A stretch of DNA of 38,048 bases from Snowella sp. Its GTDB lineage: Bacteria > Cyanobacteriota > Cyanobacteriia > Cyanobacteriales > Microcystaceae. Both the position numbers and the translations under genes were made by a program. Below are positions 27,500 through 37,152 of this stretch, piece after piece. Position 1 is the first letter of the stretch, and each line of letters begins with the position of its first letter. The notes beneath the pieces are model-generated. The model did no database searches and had not been told where the DNA came from. It worked only from the letters and a program-made list of their open reading frames with translations. The stretch covers positions 1 to 38,048 of the forward strand of contig JAYKGY010000121.1 in NCBI GenBank assembly GCA_035285545.1, written 5' to 3'.

Positions 27500-30286
27500 A
27501 TGATCGATCTTTTTTTAAATTATCCTGCTGAAATTAGACAGGTATTTATCCCAGAAACGCCGACCGAGTTGAATTGCTCCGTTGCATGTCAAATTGCACA
27601 GAATTCTCTCCCTGAAATTGTGGGTGCTTCCCCCCCCGCTTTGAATGCTTCTCCGACGCTTCCCAATGGGCCCCATCCTAATCGCTTTGAGATTCTTTCT
27701 ATTGGATTAAATACGTTTAAGGTCAATCAAATTGCTGCTAGTCGGGTGAGGGGGTTAGAGGAGAATGGCCAGGCAGTTGATTTTAAAAAATGGCTCATTC
27801 CTTTTGATGACGTGGTGAAGCTACTGGATATTCAGGTCAAAATTCTCAATGATGGTCAACTCGAACTGCGATCGCCGGGGTTTGTCGTGCGGATTAATCC
27901 CCAGGAACTCACCCAAGATCCCGAATTAGGCTTAACCATCGGGGTTGAAACCATTGAAAATCGCCTTGGGGTTCCCCTATCCTTTGATGGGGCAGCCTAC
28001 GCCATTATCTTTTCCCCTTCCTGGTTAGGGATCAAAAGCAATGCAATGGGATCTCCATCGACGCTGCCCGTGAATTTAGACGGTTTACCCTGGATTAATG
28101 CCCCTGATCTCAGCCTGAGTGCCATCGGCATGAATTATCAAAGTTCTGGCTCCAGCAATTTACCCAACGGCTCCATTGATAACGTCGTCAACCGTTCCCA
28201 AGTACTAGGGGTAGGCACTGCCTTTGGTGGGAGTTGGTTTATTAATGTGGATCAAAATAATTTAGAAGATTGGACAACCTGGTCACTCAAGGAAGCCCAG
28301 TATTTACGGCAAACGCCCCAAGCGGATTATGCAATCGGCTCCCAGGCTCCTTTTTGGTCATTGCAACAGGGACGAGATTATTGGGGAATGACGACCATTC
28401 AACGGTTTGGTTTTAGTCCGCCGGTGACAGATAATCTCAACATGGATCAGAACGGAGGTTTTCTCCCGTTACAGCGTCTACAAAGCAATCAACTGAGCCG
28501 CACCATTACCGGAGAAGCCAAACCTGGCACCCTGGTTCAACTCCGATCGGCAAAATCCAAACAAGCGATCGCGGAAGTTTTAGTGGATGAGTCGGGAACC
28601 TATCGCTTTGAAACCCAAAATTTAATTAGTAATCCGCAATCCTTTGGATCCTTGGGTCAAACCGTGGATTATCAATTGTATTTATACCCGGAGGGAAAAC
28701 GAAGCGAACCCCCAGAGATCCGAGAGACTCGACTGTTACTGTTGCCCCTCCAACTCCCCACCGGCGCATCCGCTCTCATTACCTCCGCAGGAGTCGGCAG
28801 AGACTTTCTAGACAACGGATTTTTCGGTGATTTTAATCAATTTAAAGCAGGAGTTGGCTATTATTACGGACTGAATGAGGAGCTTACTATCGGTACGGGG
28901 CTGATTCAAGATGGCAATGTTTTACCCTCTGCCAGCCTCATCTATCAACCTAATGGTCTCCCCGTAGGGCTAAGTTTAACCAGTTTGTTTGGCACGGATA
29001 ATACCCAGGGCTGGGCCTACAGTGGCGGACTCACCTACGCGCCGAATTCAGACTTATTTTTCCAAATTAATAGCACTAACATCAATCAAGACCAATTAGT
29101 TCAATCGTTTCAATTAAACTGGCGAGTTTCACCGAATTTTAACCTACGGTTTAGTGGCAATGATAAAGATAATGTCTTACTGGCCGGCTTTAATGTCTTT
29201 CAGCAGATTGATAATTTATACGTTGCGACCGGATTCAGTTATGGCACCAATAATAATGTGCTCTGGCAAGGCACCTTCGGCTGGGAAAAATGGAAATTAA
29301 CCAGTTTTGGAGGGGGATTCAATACGACGAATAATCGTAATAATAATCGTTTTTATAGCAATTCTGAATTAAGTTATAACTTTAATCAATGGTATGGGAC
29401 AGGACACGCCATTTTTCTCAACTACAATACGGACTATAACGGAAGTAGCCCCCATAATTTTGCCAGTTTGGGATGGCGTTATCAATCTCAAGAGCTTACC
29501 TATGATTACCGTCCGCTCTGGCTGTTTGATTTAGGTTACGGTGTGGGGTCGGGGGGCAATGGCATCGTTGCTTCAGTGGGAACCAATGCGATTCCTGGGG
29601 CGACTGTTCGTATCACTTACCAACAAGCTTCCCTCGCGTCTAATCGGGATAGTTTTACGGTTCAAATTTTTCCGAGTTTGAGCATTCAACCGAATCTAGC
29701 TTTCGGCGATCGCCGCTTTCAGAATTTACGAACGAGAGGAGGATTATGGATTCAGCCCTTTTTGGATGCAAATAGTAACGGCATCTTAGATGAGGGAGAA
29801 ACCCTGTACACCGAAGCCCCCAAACAATTATTTTCACTGAATAATCGCTCTCTCAAGGCAGTGGCCAATTTTAATGTTACGCCCGAAGCCCTCATTTTGC
29901 CGGCTCAACCTGGCACCTATCGTTTAGACCTCGATCCCGCTGGTTATCCGCTCGATTATCAACCCTTACACCCGGCCTATGCCGTCGAAGTAATAGCCGG
30001 AAGCTATACCACGGTTTCCATTCCCTTTATTCCTGCCTATACGGTTGGGGGTAAGCTGGTCAATGCCCAGGGGAAACCCATTGTGGGCGCGAGGGTAGAA
30101 GCCATTTCGGTTAAAAATTATCCTAAAGTTATCTCGATCACCGATGAACAAGGGGTTTTCTATTTAGAAAATTTACGGCAAGGAACCTACGAGGTCTTAG
30201 CTCAAGGGAAAGAAACCCAGCCCAAATCCCTCGAACTAACCCAGGAGTCCCCTGCCCTCTCCGAACTGACCCTCAAACTCGAATGA
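27500..30286 (+). CDS. Atypical outer-membrane usher-like protein with C-terminal SdrD-B-like and carboxypeptidase-regulatory-like domains
   Basis: Long G/aromatic/N-rich alternating beta region, FLDANSNGILDEGE motif and G.L....G.PI.GARV...ITDEQGVFYLENLRQGTY; follows the pilin and chaperone genes. Confidence 0.68.
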   Translation: MIDLFLNYPAEIRQVFIPETPTELNCSVACQIAQNSLPEIVGASPPALNASPTLPNGPHPNRFEILSIGLNTFKVNQIAASRVRGLEENGQAVDFKKWLIPFDDVVKLLDIQVKILNDGQLELRSPGFVVRINPQELTQDPELGLTIGVETIENRLGVPLSFDGAAYAIIFSPSWLGIKSNAMGSPSTLPVNLDGLPWINAPDLSLSAIGMNYQSSGSSNLPNGSIDNVVNRSQVLGVGTAFGGSWFINVDQNNLEDWTTWSLKEAQYLRQTPQADYAIGSQAPFWSLQQGRDYWGMTTIQRFGFSPPVTDNLNMDQNGGFLPLQRLQSNQLSRTITGEAKPGTLVQLRSAKSKQAIAEVLVDESGTYRFETQNLISNPQSFGSLGQTVDYQLYLYPEGKRSEPPEIRETRLLLLPLQLPTGASALITSAGVGRDFLDNGFFGDFNQFKAGVGYYYGLNEELTIGTGLIQDGNVLPSASLIYQPNGLPVGLSLTSLFGTDNTQGWAYSGGLTYAPNSDLFFQINSTNINQDQLVQSFQLNWRVSPNFNLRFSGNDKDNVLLAGFNVFQQIDNLYVATGFSYGTNNNVLWQGTFGWEKWKLTSFGGGFNTTNNRNNNRFYSNSELSYNFNQWYGTGHAIFLNYNTDYNGSSPHNFASLGWRYQSQELTYDYRPLWLFDLGYGVGSGGNGIVASVGTNAIPGATVRITYQQASLASNRDSFTVQIFPSLSIQPNLAFGDRRFQNLRTRGGLWIQPFLDANSNGILDEGETLYTEAPKQLFSLNNRSLKAVANFNVTPEALILPAQPGTYRLDLDPAGYPLDYQPLHPAYAVEVIAGSYTTVSIPFIPAYTVGGKLVNAQGKPIVGARVEAISVKNYPKVISITDEQGVFYLENLRQGTYEVLAQGKETQPKSLELTQESPALSELTLKLE

Positions 30287-30308
30287 GCCAAGTTTCCGGC
30301 TATCCCCA

Positions 30309-32210
30309 TCAACTCGCCCAGACATCTTGCCATTTCACAATGCCCTGATTGACCAAAATCCAGCGACGACCGACTAAATTTTCGTAACTCGGACGTTGAT
30401 TATCCCGTCGGATTGCATATTTATAGGTAATGGCTTTGCCCGCGCTTTCATTAAAGGGAATTTCGCCGAACCAGGTATTATCGTTAATATATTCCAACAC
30501 ATAGGCCTTATTCATATCCCAATTGCCCAGCTCAGGACAATCTCCGGTCACGACAATACTTTCACCTAAGTGGGTTTTAATACCATTTAATTGGGCACGC
30601 ACCAGGGTTTTTCCTCGCACGCGATCGCCGATATAGCTCAGCACAATCACTTCATGACGATCTAAAAAGAGATTAGATAAATTGCCCTGTTTAACTTCAA
30701 AAGAACGGCGCGTCACAATACAGTTATATTCCCCATCTTCTAGACCCGTTGCTTCTACATTAATGGTGGTAGCCTGCCCCTTATTCATGGCCACAAAACA
30801 GCGGGAATCGCGATAGCTACGGGTATAACCATAAATATCGGGAGTAATATATTTTTGTTGCTGACTGCCCAAAGAAACGGCAGGATTTAAACGGCGTAAT
30901 TTAGAAAATAATTGTAACAGTTGATAAAGCGGCGTATCGGTATCCCAACTGTCCATCATGGGACGATTATAGGGATCATTGCCGCCATTGGTATTGTTAA
31001 ATAAATACTGCTCTGTCCCGTAATAAATACAGGGAATGCCCCGACTAGTCATGATCAAACTGATGGCTAACTGCAACCGTCCGCGATCGCTATTGAGACT
31101 TTGAAAACGGGGCATATCGTGGTTATCAATAAAAGTAATTAACTCCGTTGCCCGATGGTAAAGAGAATCGAGATCAAAAATCGTTTGCACTAACTGAAAG
31201 CCTTGGGGGTCATCTTTTCCTAACGCCGCTCGAATGGCTTCGCACAGCCCAAAATCCAGAATCGACATCCCTGAATAATTGGCAAAGTTAACCGATCCTT
31301 TGTCCCAGGGTTTACTAAACCCCCATTCCCCAAAACTAAATACTGACGGTTTATGGGTTTGGATATCGGCGTTAAATTCCTGCCAAAACCAAATGGGCAT
31401 GTGCTTAACCGTATCAATCCGCAGTGCATCAACTCCCAAATCCAACCATAGTTTAATGGCTGATTTAATATAATTGCGATACTCAATATTGCTTTCATTA
31501 AAAGTGGCTAGCCCGGCCATTTCGTAATACAGCAATTGGTATTCATTTTCCCAATCGGTAATCTCAGGATTGTGATAATACCAGTTATTTGTATCCTGAT
31601 AAAAATCGGCAATTAAAACCCCATCATCGTAGAGCTTACCTTTTTGACCATTCACATCAGGGCTACTGTGATTACAAACAATATCTAAAATGAGTTTCAT
31701 TCCGCGCTGATGGAGTTCATGAATTAATCGATTGAAAGAGGTTTCTTTTAATAAAGAATTAGGTTCATCTTTTCTTAAAAATCTGGGATTAATCCGTTTA
31801 AAATCCTTTGTCCAGTAACCGTGCATGGCCGCACTTTCAAACATTAAATCTTCGACCTGTTCAAAGAGGGGAGAAATCCAAATGGCCGTCACCCCCATCC
31901 CTTTTAAATAATCCAATTTTTCAATAATGCCTGGAATATCTCCTCCCCAATATTTTCCCCATTTTTGCCGCGTCGGGTCATACAGTTCGGGATTGGGGCC
32001 CGCATTATTACTCGGATCACCGTCACAGAAGCGATCGACAATTAAAAAATAAATCGTTTCCTGACGAAATTCGATAGAGCGGGTAAATAAAAACTCAAAA
32101 TCCGCATCAAAGGAGCGGGCTTCTTCAGTGGTGTGAAATCCTGCGGCGGCTTGGACTGCACTGATTTCATTGGGGGTGTTAGAGGGATTTGTCAAAGGAG
32201 AGGCAACCAT
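30309..32210 (-). CDS. GH13 alpha-amylase / cyclomaltodextrin glucanotransferase-like enzyme with C-terminal CBM20
   Basis: IYFLIVDRF.DGDPSNN, HGYW, NH, catalytic RIDTVKH / GEW / FIDNHD, and CBM20 (VTGDCPELGNW...YKY). No signal peptide. Confidence 0.9.
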   Translation of the reverse strand: MVASPLTNPSNTPNEISAVQAAAGFHTTEEARSFDADFEFLFTRSIEFRQETIYFLIVDRFCDGDPSNNAGPNPELYDPTRQKWGKYWGGDIPGIIEKLDYLKGMGVTAIWISPLFEQVEDLMFESAAMHGYWTKDFKRINPRFLRKDEPNSLLKETSFNRLIHELHQRGMKLILDIVCNHSSPDVNGQKGKLYDDGVLIADFYQDTNNWYYHNPEITDWENEYQLLYYEMAGLATFNESNIEYRNYIKSAIKLWLDLGVDALRIDTVKHMPIWFWQEFNADIQTHKPSVFSFGEWGFSKPWDKGSVNFANYSGMSILDFGLCEAIRAALGKDDPQGFQLVQTIFDLDSLYHRATELITFIDNHDMPRFQSLNSDRGRLQLAISLIMTSRGIPCIYYGTEQYLFNNTNGGNDPYNRPMMDSWDTDTPLYQLLQLFSKLRRLNPAVSLGSQQQKYITPDIYGYTRSYRDSRCFVAMNKGQATTINVEATGLEDGEYNCIVTRRSFEVKQGNLSNLFLDRHEVIVLSYIGDRVRGKTLVRAQLNGIKTHLGESIVVTGDCPELGNWDMNKAYVLEYINDNTWFGEIPFNESAGKAITYKYAIRRDNQRPSYENLVGRRWILVNQGIVKWQDVWAS

Positions 32211-32305
32211 AATGGGGATTGAAGCGAAGGAACTGAAATTAAGTCAAAAAAGCCAATTATTGTGTGGATTGAACCCATTGGCAATAAGGGATTTTGGGAG
32301 ACCCC

Positions 32306-34330
32306 CTAACCCGATGATTCTTGGCGATGAAGGGCAATCATCGTAATATCATCAAATTGGGGAGCATCGGCAATGTACTGAAATAAATGGGTTTTAATGC
32401 GTTCAATCAATTCATTCGCAGACATCGCAGGTTCTTCCAGTAGGGCCAATAATCGCTCTTTGGTAAATAAGTGACCCTCAGGATTTTTCCCTTCCGTTAC
32501 CCCATCGGTATAGCCAATTAAAACATCGCCTGGCTCAAACTGAATTTGTTTAATTTTGAACTTGCTGTGGGGCATCATCCCAACGGCTGGCCCGGTCGGT
32601 TTTAGGGTAGCCTTAATCCCGGATTTACCCAACACGAATAGGGGTTCATGACCCCCATTGATATAACTCATAATGCCCGTTTCCGGATCGAGAACACCGA
32701 AGAAAAGAGTAGCAAACATACTCAGACCCCAATGGTGTTTGCAAACATAGTCATTGGTTAAGGTGACTGCGTGGAGCGCATTCGTATGGGCTAAATTAAT
32801 TCCGCTCTCTCCGATCCAGCCCTCTTGGGGTTTGGCATTTTCCAGAATGGCGGAACTCAATCCCCTTAATGTATTTTGATTAGAAAAGATGCGAATTAAA
32901 CTGCGAAATAGGGCCATAAAGAGTGCGGCTCCGACCCCTTTATCACACACATCAGCGAGGACGAGGCCGACTTGTTGATCGATGCAGAAAGCGTCATAAA
33001 AATCCCCGGCGACTTGTTTGGCGGGATAGAAGCAGGCACTAATTTCCCAGTTGGCTAATTTCGGAATTTCGTAGGGTAAAAAATCAATTTGAATTTGTCG
33101 CCCTTTTTCTAATTCATTGTTTAAGGCTTTGGAATATTCGTCGAGTTTGGTATAGAGTCTGGCATTTTCTAAGATGAGGGCCATTTGATCGGCGGTCACT
33201 TGCATTAATTTGGCGACTTGACGGCTAAAGTGGTTAGGCTTTGAATGCAAGAGGGTAATAATGCCTAATAATTCATTGTCTTTGAGAATGGGAACGCATA
33301 GGGCCGAGCGAGCGACGTAGGGTTGATCGGGCAGGGTTAACCAACGCTCATCGGTTTCGGTGTCTAGGACTAATCCCAATTCATGATTCTGATTGACCCA
33401 ACCCGCTAAGCCCGCATCTAAGACCGATCCCACCAATTGATTCCGCATTTCAGGGGTGACCTCTGTTCGAGAGAGAATGGCATCGGCAATTTTTCCCGAA
33501 GGATCGAGGACAAATAGGCTGCCTTTTTCGGCGTTAGTTTGTTCTGTCGAAATATCTAACATGGCTTGGAGGGCCGATTTTAAGACTCCGATCTGAGCCG
33601 GCGATCGCGCAATTTCCACCAGGTTTTCTAACAAATTTCGTTGCACTTCAAAGGCCGCTTGATCAATTTTATGGGCGGCTACTTCTAGCACGAGGGCAAT
33701 TTGGGTGGCAGTAATTTCCATCAAATCCGCCGTTGCTAAGGTGAAATGATGGGGTTGGGAATGCAATAAGGTCAGAATGGCTAATAAATGGCCCCGTTGA
33801 ATAATGGGAACTGATAGGGCAGAACGGGCCACATAGGGCTGATGGGGTAAGGTCAACCACCGTTCATCGGTTTCCGTATCAGTGATTAAGCCCACCTGCT
33901 GATGACGTGCGACCCAACCGGCTAAGCCTTGCTCTAAAACCTTACCGATGATTTGCGATCTTTCCCCTGGGGTCGTTTCTTCACGGGTTAAGATGCTGTG
34001 GGTCACGGTACCGTTACTGTTTAATAAAAATAGGCTCCCTTTATCCGCATCCGTTAAGTTAACCGAGGTTTCTAAGGCTTGGTGCAAGGATTCTCGGAGT
34101 AAACTTTCTTCTTCGCTGGAGTAGGCGATCGCCATCCAATTGGCCAATAAATTATCCGTTGCCTGTAGAGAGATCTGGCCCTTCGCATAGCGAGTCATAA
34201 CAACCAGATTTTCCAATAATTTTTTATGAGATTCAAAAAACGTTTTATCCCGCTTAAGTTCAGCGATCTCTCGACGCAACAAATTCAGCTCTTCTAATAA
34301 CTGTTCAGTCGATTGATGATGTTCGCTCAT
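32306..34330 (-). CDS. GAF-GAF-SpoIIE/PP2C phosphatase (RsbU/RsbP-like)
   Basis: Two homologous GAF domains (GLAGWV...DTETDERW...SAL.VPI) and PP2C motifs VAGDFYD, ADVCDKG, NGGH, YTDGVTE and DDIT. Confidence 0.92.
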   Translation of the reverse strand: MSEHHQSTEQLLEELNLLRREIAELKRDKTFFESHKKLLENLVVMTRYAKGQISLQATDNLLANWMAIAYSSEEESLLRESLHQALETSVNLTDADKGSLFLLNSNGTVTHSILTREETTPGERSQIIGKVLEQGLAGWVARHQQVGLITDTETDERWLTLPHQPYVARSALSVPIIQRGHLLAILTLLHSQPHHFTLATADLMEITATQIALVLEVAAHKIDQAAFEVQRNLLENLVEIARSPAQIGVLKSALQAMLDISTEQTNAEKGSLFVLDPSGKIADAILSRTEVTPEMRNQLVGSVLDAGLAGWVNQNHELGLVLDTETDERWLTLPDQPYVARSALCVPILKDNELLGIITLLHSKPNHFSRQVAKLMQVTADQMALILENARLYTKLDEYSKALNNELEKGRQIQIDFLPYEIPKLANWEISACFYPAKQVAGDFYDAFCIDQQVGLVLADVCDKGVGAALFMALFRSLIRIFSNQNTLRGLSSAILENAKPQEGWIGESGINLAHTNALHAVTLTNDYVCKHHWGLSMFATLFFGVLDPETGIMSYINGGHEPLFVLGKSGIKATLKPTGPAVGMMPHSKFKIKQIQFEPGDVLIGYTDGVTEGKNPEGHLFTKERLLALLEEPAMSANELIERIKTHLFQYIADAPQFDDITMIALHRQESSG

Positions 34331-35042
34331 ATCATTTCCTGTTAAGTTTCTACCTTAGCCGTTGCCGCAAAATCCCTTGGATGTTTTAAACGGGAGTTCA
34401 GATTTTTAGCTTGAGGATAATTGAAATCACATTTTTGCATTCAGACAGAATGATTAAATGAATCGCTTTTATCAGCTTAACTTGATTGAATCATTTTTAG
34501 TCTAAAGAAAATCTGGTTTTTAATCATTGTGAGACAATCGATTTTACAAAATTTAATTAAGCTAAATTATTATCTTACTATGGATCTTTCAGTGATTTTA
34601 GGGGTGTTTTAGCTTTTTATTAATACTATCTAGACAAACGGGTACTCGCCTTGAATAATCAAATGTTACCTCAAGCCTCTCTTAAAATCGTCTTTTATTA
34701 AGGTTTGTAACTAAGGTTGGCAACGAGGTTAATCGGGTGCTTATAGGGTCATGAAAGTGAAATATAAATAAAAATGTTAAATCGGTAGAACTTGAGGATA
34801 AAGTAGTTTATAGTTAGTTTTATAAAATATATAACTTGATCGGGTGTGGTAACTGGATTACCAGATAAATCCTCTAAAAATTCAAAAGTTTAGAGTCCAG
34901 TCATGACTTTAGAGAATGTTTAAGAGGCTTGAGTCTGTCTTTTGTCTGTTTTTCCTTTTGTCGGTAATTTTAATCATTCTTTCAATTCAAATTATTTCCC
35001 TAAAAAGTTAAAGTTATTTAATCTTCACAGGCAGATTATTTC

Positions 35043-35459
35043 ATGGAATCTTTAATTGTTGACGGCGTTTTAGAATCTTTGAAAGTGATTTCTGACTACA
35101 TTTCAGTAGTAAGTAACCAAGCACAACTAGAAACGAAAAAAGCCTATAAACTCCGTCTAGCGGTTGATGAACTCACAACCAATATTATTATTTATGGTTA
35201 TCAAAATACCCGCCAGCAAGGAGTGATTAAATTACAGTCAGAACTCGACGAAACGGCCTTAAAAGTGATTATTGAAGATACCGCACCTCCTTTTAATCCG
35301 AAAGAAAACTTACCGCCGGCAACTCAAGTTTTAGATAAACCCCTAGAGGAACGACCCATTGGCGGGCTGGGAATTTATTTGGCCATTGAAGGGGTCGATG
35401 ATTTCTCCTATGAGCGCGTCGATGATCATAACCGTACTGTTTTGGTGATTAATCGTTAG
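35043..35459 (+). CDS. Anti-sigma factor / serine kinase (RsbW/SpoIIAB-like)
   Basis: LAVDELTTNIIIYGY, IEDTAPPFNP and ERPIGGLGIYL (HATPase_c_2). Confidence 0.92.
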   Translation: MESLIVDGVLESLKVISDYISVVSNQAQLETKKAYKLRLAVDELTTNIIIYGYQNTRQQGVIKLQSELDETALKVIIEDTAPPFNPKENLPPATQVLDKPLEERPIGGLGIYLAIEGVDDFSYERVDDHNRTVLVINR

Positions 35460-35519
35460 GCAATCAACCCTATTGATGGGGCTTTTTGAGCGATTCTTGA
35501 CTTCTGTTGAAAATGTAGA

Positions 35520-36401
35520 TCATTTAAGACCGTCAAGTTCTTGTAATAACCAAAATCCGGCAAAGGATTCTGAATTGGGCCCAGATTGAATAGCTAAAAA
35601 ATGAACATTTTGGGCTGTTGTTTTCGTTTGTTCAAATCCTTTGGCTTCGGCCAAGGTGTCCGGGGTATTGATATTGGCAATAATCCAACTATCACTGGCT
35701 CCGGTTTCTAGGCGAATTAAGGGATTGGGTTGTTCACTAAATTTAAGATAGCCCAATTCTAAACCGGATAGCCAAGCGGCAAAGGGTAAGGCGCGGGGAG
35801 AGAATAAGATTAAACCAGGAATTCGAGTATTGGGAGCTAATCCCAAGGGGTCTAGGGGAAAAGATTCTCCAAAACCAATGTCCCACTCCGTCATATCTTG
35901 AAAAGCTGAGGCTTCTAGGCTGACTAAGGCCCATTGATCCCCGCGATCGCCTTTAATGGCATCGGGTAAAAAAATGGGGCTGAGTTCTAAATATTGCACC
36001 GAACGGGTTTGGGCTAAGGTTTCATCAAAGCCCTCTTGGGTCGGATAAAAATCTTTCATGCGTTCTTCTAGCCAACGGTGGAGGGTATAGGTGCGACGGC
36101 TAGGGGCGGGGGGAATGCCGATATCTTCACAGGCTTTGGTGATCATATTATTCATTTGTCGCCGAAAAAAGCGGATTTTTTGGGGGGCAACTCCGGCTTC
36201 AGCGATCGCGTCTTCAATGGCTTGTTTGAGCCAAACGGAATTAACAGTAGTGCTGGGGCAAAATTGGCTATAGCGAAAGAGGGATTCGGGCGATCGCGTC
36301 AGGGATAGGGGAGATTCACAAATGACTACTTCCCATAATTTTTTCTGCCGTTCATCTAAAATTGGACGCGAATAAAAATCCAGTTCCCAAACAGTAGCCA
36401 T
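35520..36401 (-). CDS. Tab2/Atab2 family RNA-binding protein
   Basis: WELDFYSRP, VNSVWL, IRFFRRQM, PSRRT and GFWLL; AAGGAG RBS upstream. Confidence 0.93.
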   Translation of the reverse strand: MATVWELDFYSRPILDERQKKLWEVVICESPLSLTRSPESLFRYSQFCPSTTVNSVWLKQAIEDAIAEAGVAPQKIRFFRRQMNNMITKACEDIGIPPAPSRRTYTLHRWLEERMKDFYPTQEGFDETLAQTRSVQYLELSPIFLPDAIKGDRGDQWALVSLEASAFQDMTEWDIGFGESFPLDPLGLAPNTRIPGLILFSPRALPFAAWLSGLELGYLKFSEQPNPLIRLETGASDSWIIANINTPDTLAEAKGFEQTKTTAQNVHFLAIQSGPNSESFAGFWLLQELDGLK

Positions 36402-36524
36402 TTTTAAAGCAAACTCCTTTTGATTTCCTCTCTACCAGTGTCGCATGACTGATGATCGGTCGTGGTATTTTGCGTCAGCGATCGCGAATTGCTTGAATAG
36501 TTTTGAATTACGCAGGAAAACATT

Positions 36525-36635
36525 TTACCAATCCCGATCAAGCGGGGTAGGAATTTCATCTGAAGAATTTTCGCTTTGTGAATTTTGTAACGCTCGTAAA
36601 CGCTTAACAGTAGGATGGTCTTCAAACTTAGTCAT
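36525..36635 (-). pseudogene. Truncated 5' remnant of a MarR-regulated gene (start resembles 4Fe-4S/SCP2-domain proteins)
   Basis: GGAG RBS, then MTKFEDHPTVKRLRALQNSQSENSSDEIPTPLDRDW*. From memory, 'eHPTVk...LDxdW' is the N-terminus of QueG-like/SCP2 proteins encoded after MarR genes. Confidence 0.55.
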
Positions 36636-36658
36636 TGTAGTCTCCGAAGAAAATTATT

Positions 36659-36674
36659 ACATGTATATACATGT
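36659..36674. promoter_or_regulatory. Perfect 16-bp palindrome, probable MarR operator
   Basis: ACATGTATATACATGT, between the marR stop and the remnant gene. Confidence 0.75.
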
Positions 36675-36690
36675 TTTTGTGTTTTTTTAA

Positions 36691-37146
36691 TTAGCTTAAA
36701 CTTTTTATATCAGACAACAACGAGAGCAAAGTTTGCCATTTTTGATCTCCCAAATGTTGCTTAAGTTCGGATTGAACCTGCTCCCACAAAGGAAAAGCTT
36801 GATCAAGAAGGATTTGTCCCTCCATCGTCAATGAAATTAATTTAATACGCCGATCTTCACCCGGATGGGTTGCTACTAATCCTCGTTTTTCTAATACCTT
36901 AATGTTTCGAGTAATAGTCGTTTGATCCGTAAATAATTCTTGCGCTAATCGGGTAATTGACACCTCCTGAAATAGATGAACCGCCACCAATAAAGTAAAT
37001 TGATTGATCTCCAAGTCAATGGAACGTAATGCGTCATCATAAACCTGCGTTAAAATGCGCGATGCTCGACGGATATGAAGCCCCATACAGGTTGCGGGGA
37101 CTTGGGCCGCGATCGCCAGATTTGTCATGGGAGGGGAATTGTTCAT
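36691..37146 (-). CDS. MarR family transcriptional regulator (start 37146 or 37128; 37182 unlikely)
   Basis: C...IRRASR.LTQ.YD.AL..QFTLL...DQTTITRN...LEKRGLV...DRR....LT.EG pattern. Confidence 0.93.
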   Translation of the reverse strand: MNNSPPMTNLAIAAQVPATCMGLHIRRASRILTQVYDDALRSIDLEINQFTLLVAVHLFQEVSITRLAQELFTDQTTITRNIKVLEKRGLVATHPGEDRRIKLISLTMEGQILLDQAFPLWEQVQSELKQHLGDQKWQTLLSLLSDIKSLS

Positions 37147-37152
37147 GATTAT

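Noticed and set aside
34331..35042. Hidden STAS anti-anti-sigma gene or riboswitch in the long intergenic region
   Set aside because: No ORF of adequate length, and no recognisable riboswitch consensus by eye.
36404..36690. ORFs 36404..36625 (-) and 36445..36690 (+)
   Set aside because: They lack RBS or motif support. The RBS-led frame 36635-36525 explains the region better.
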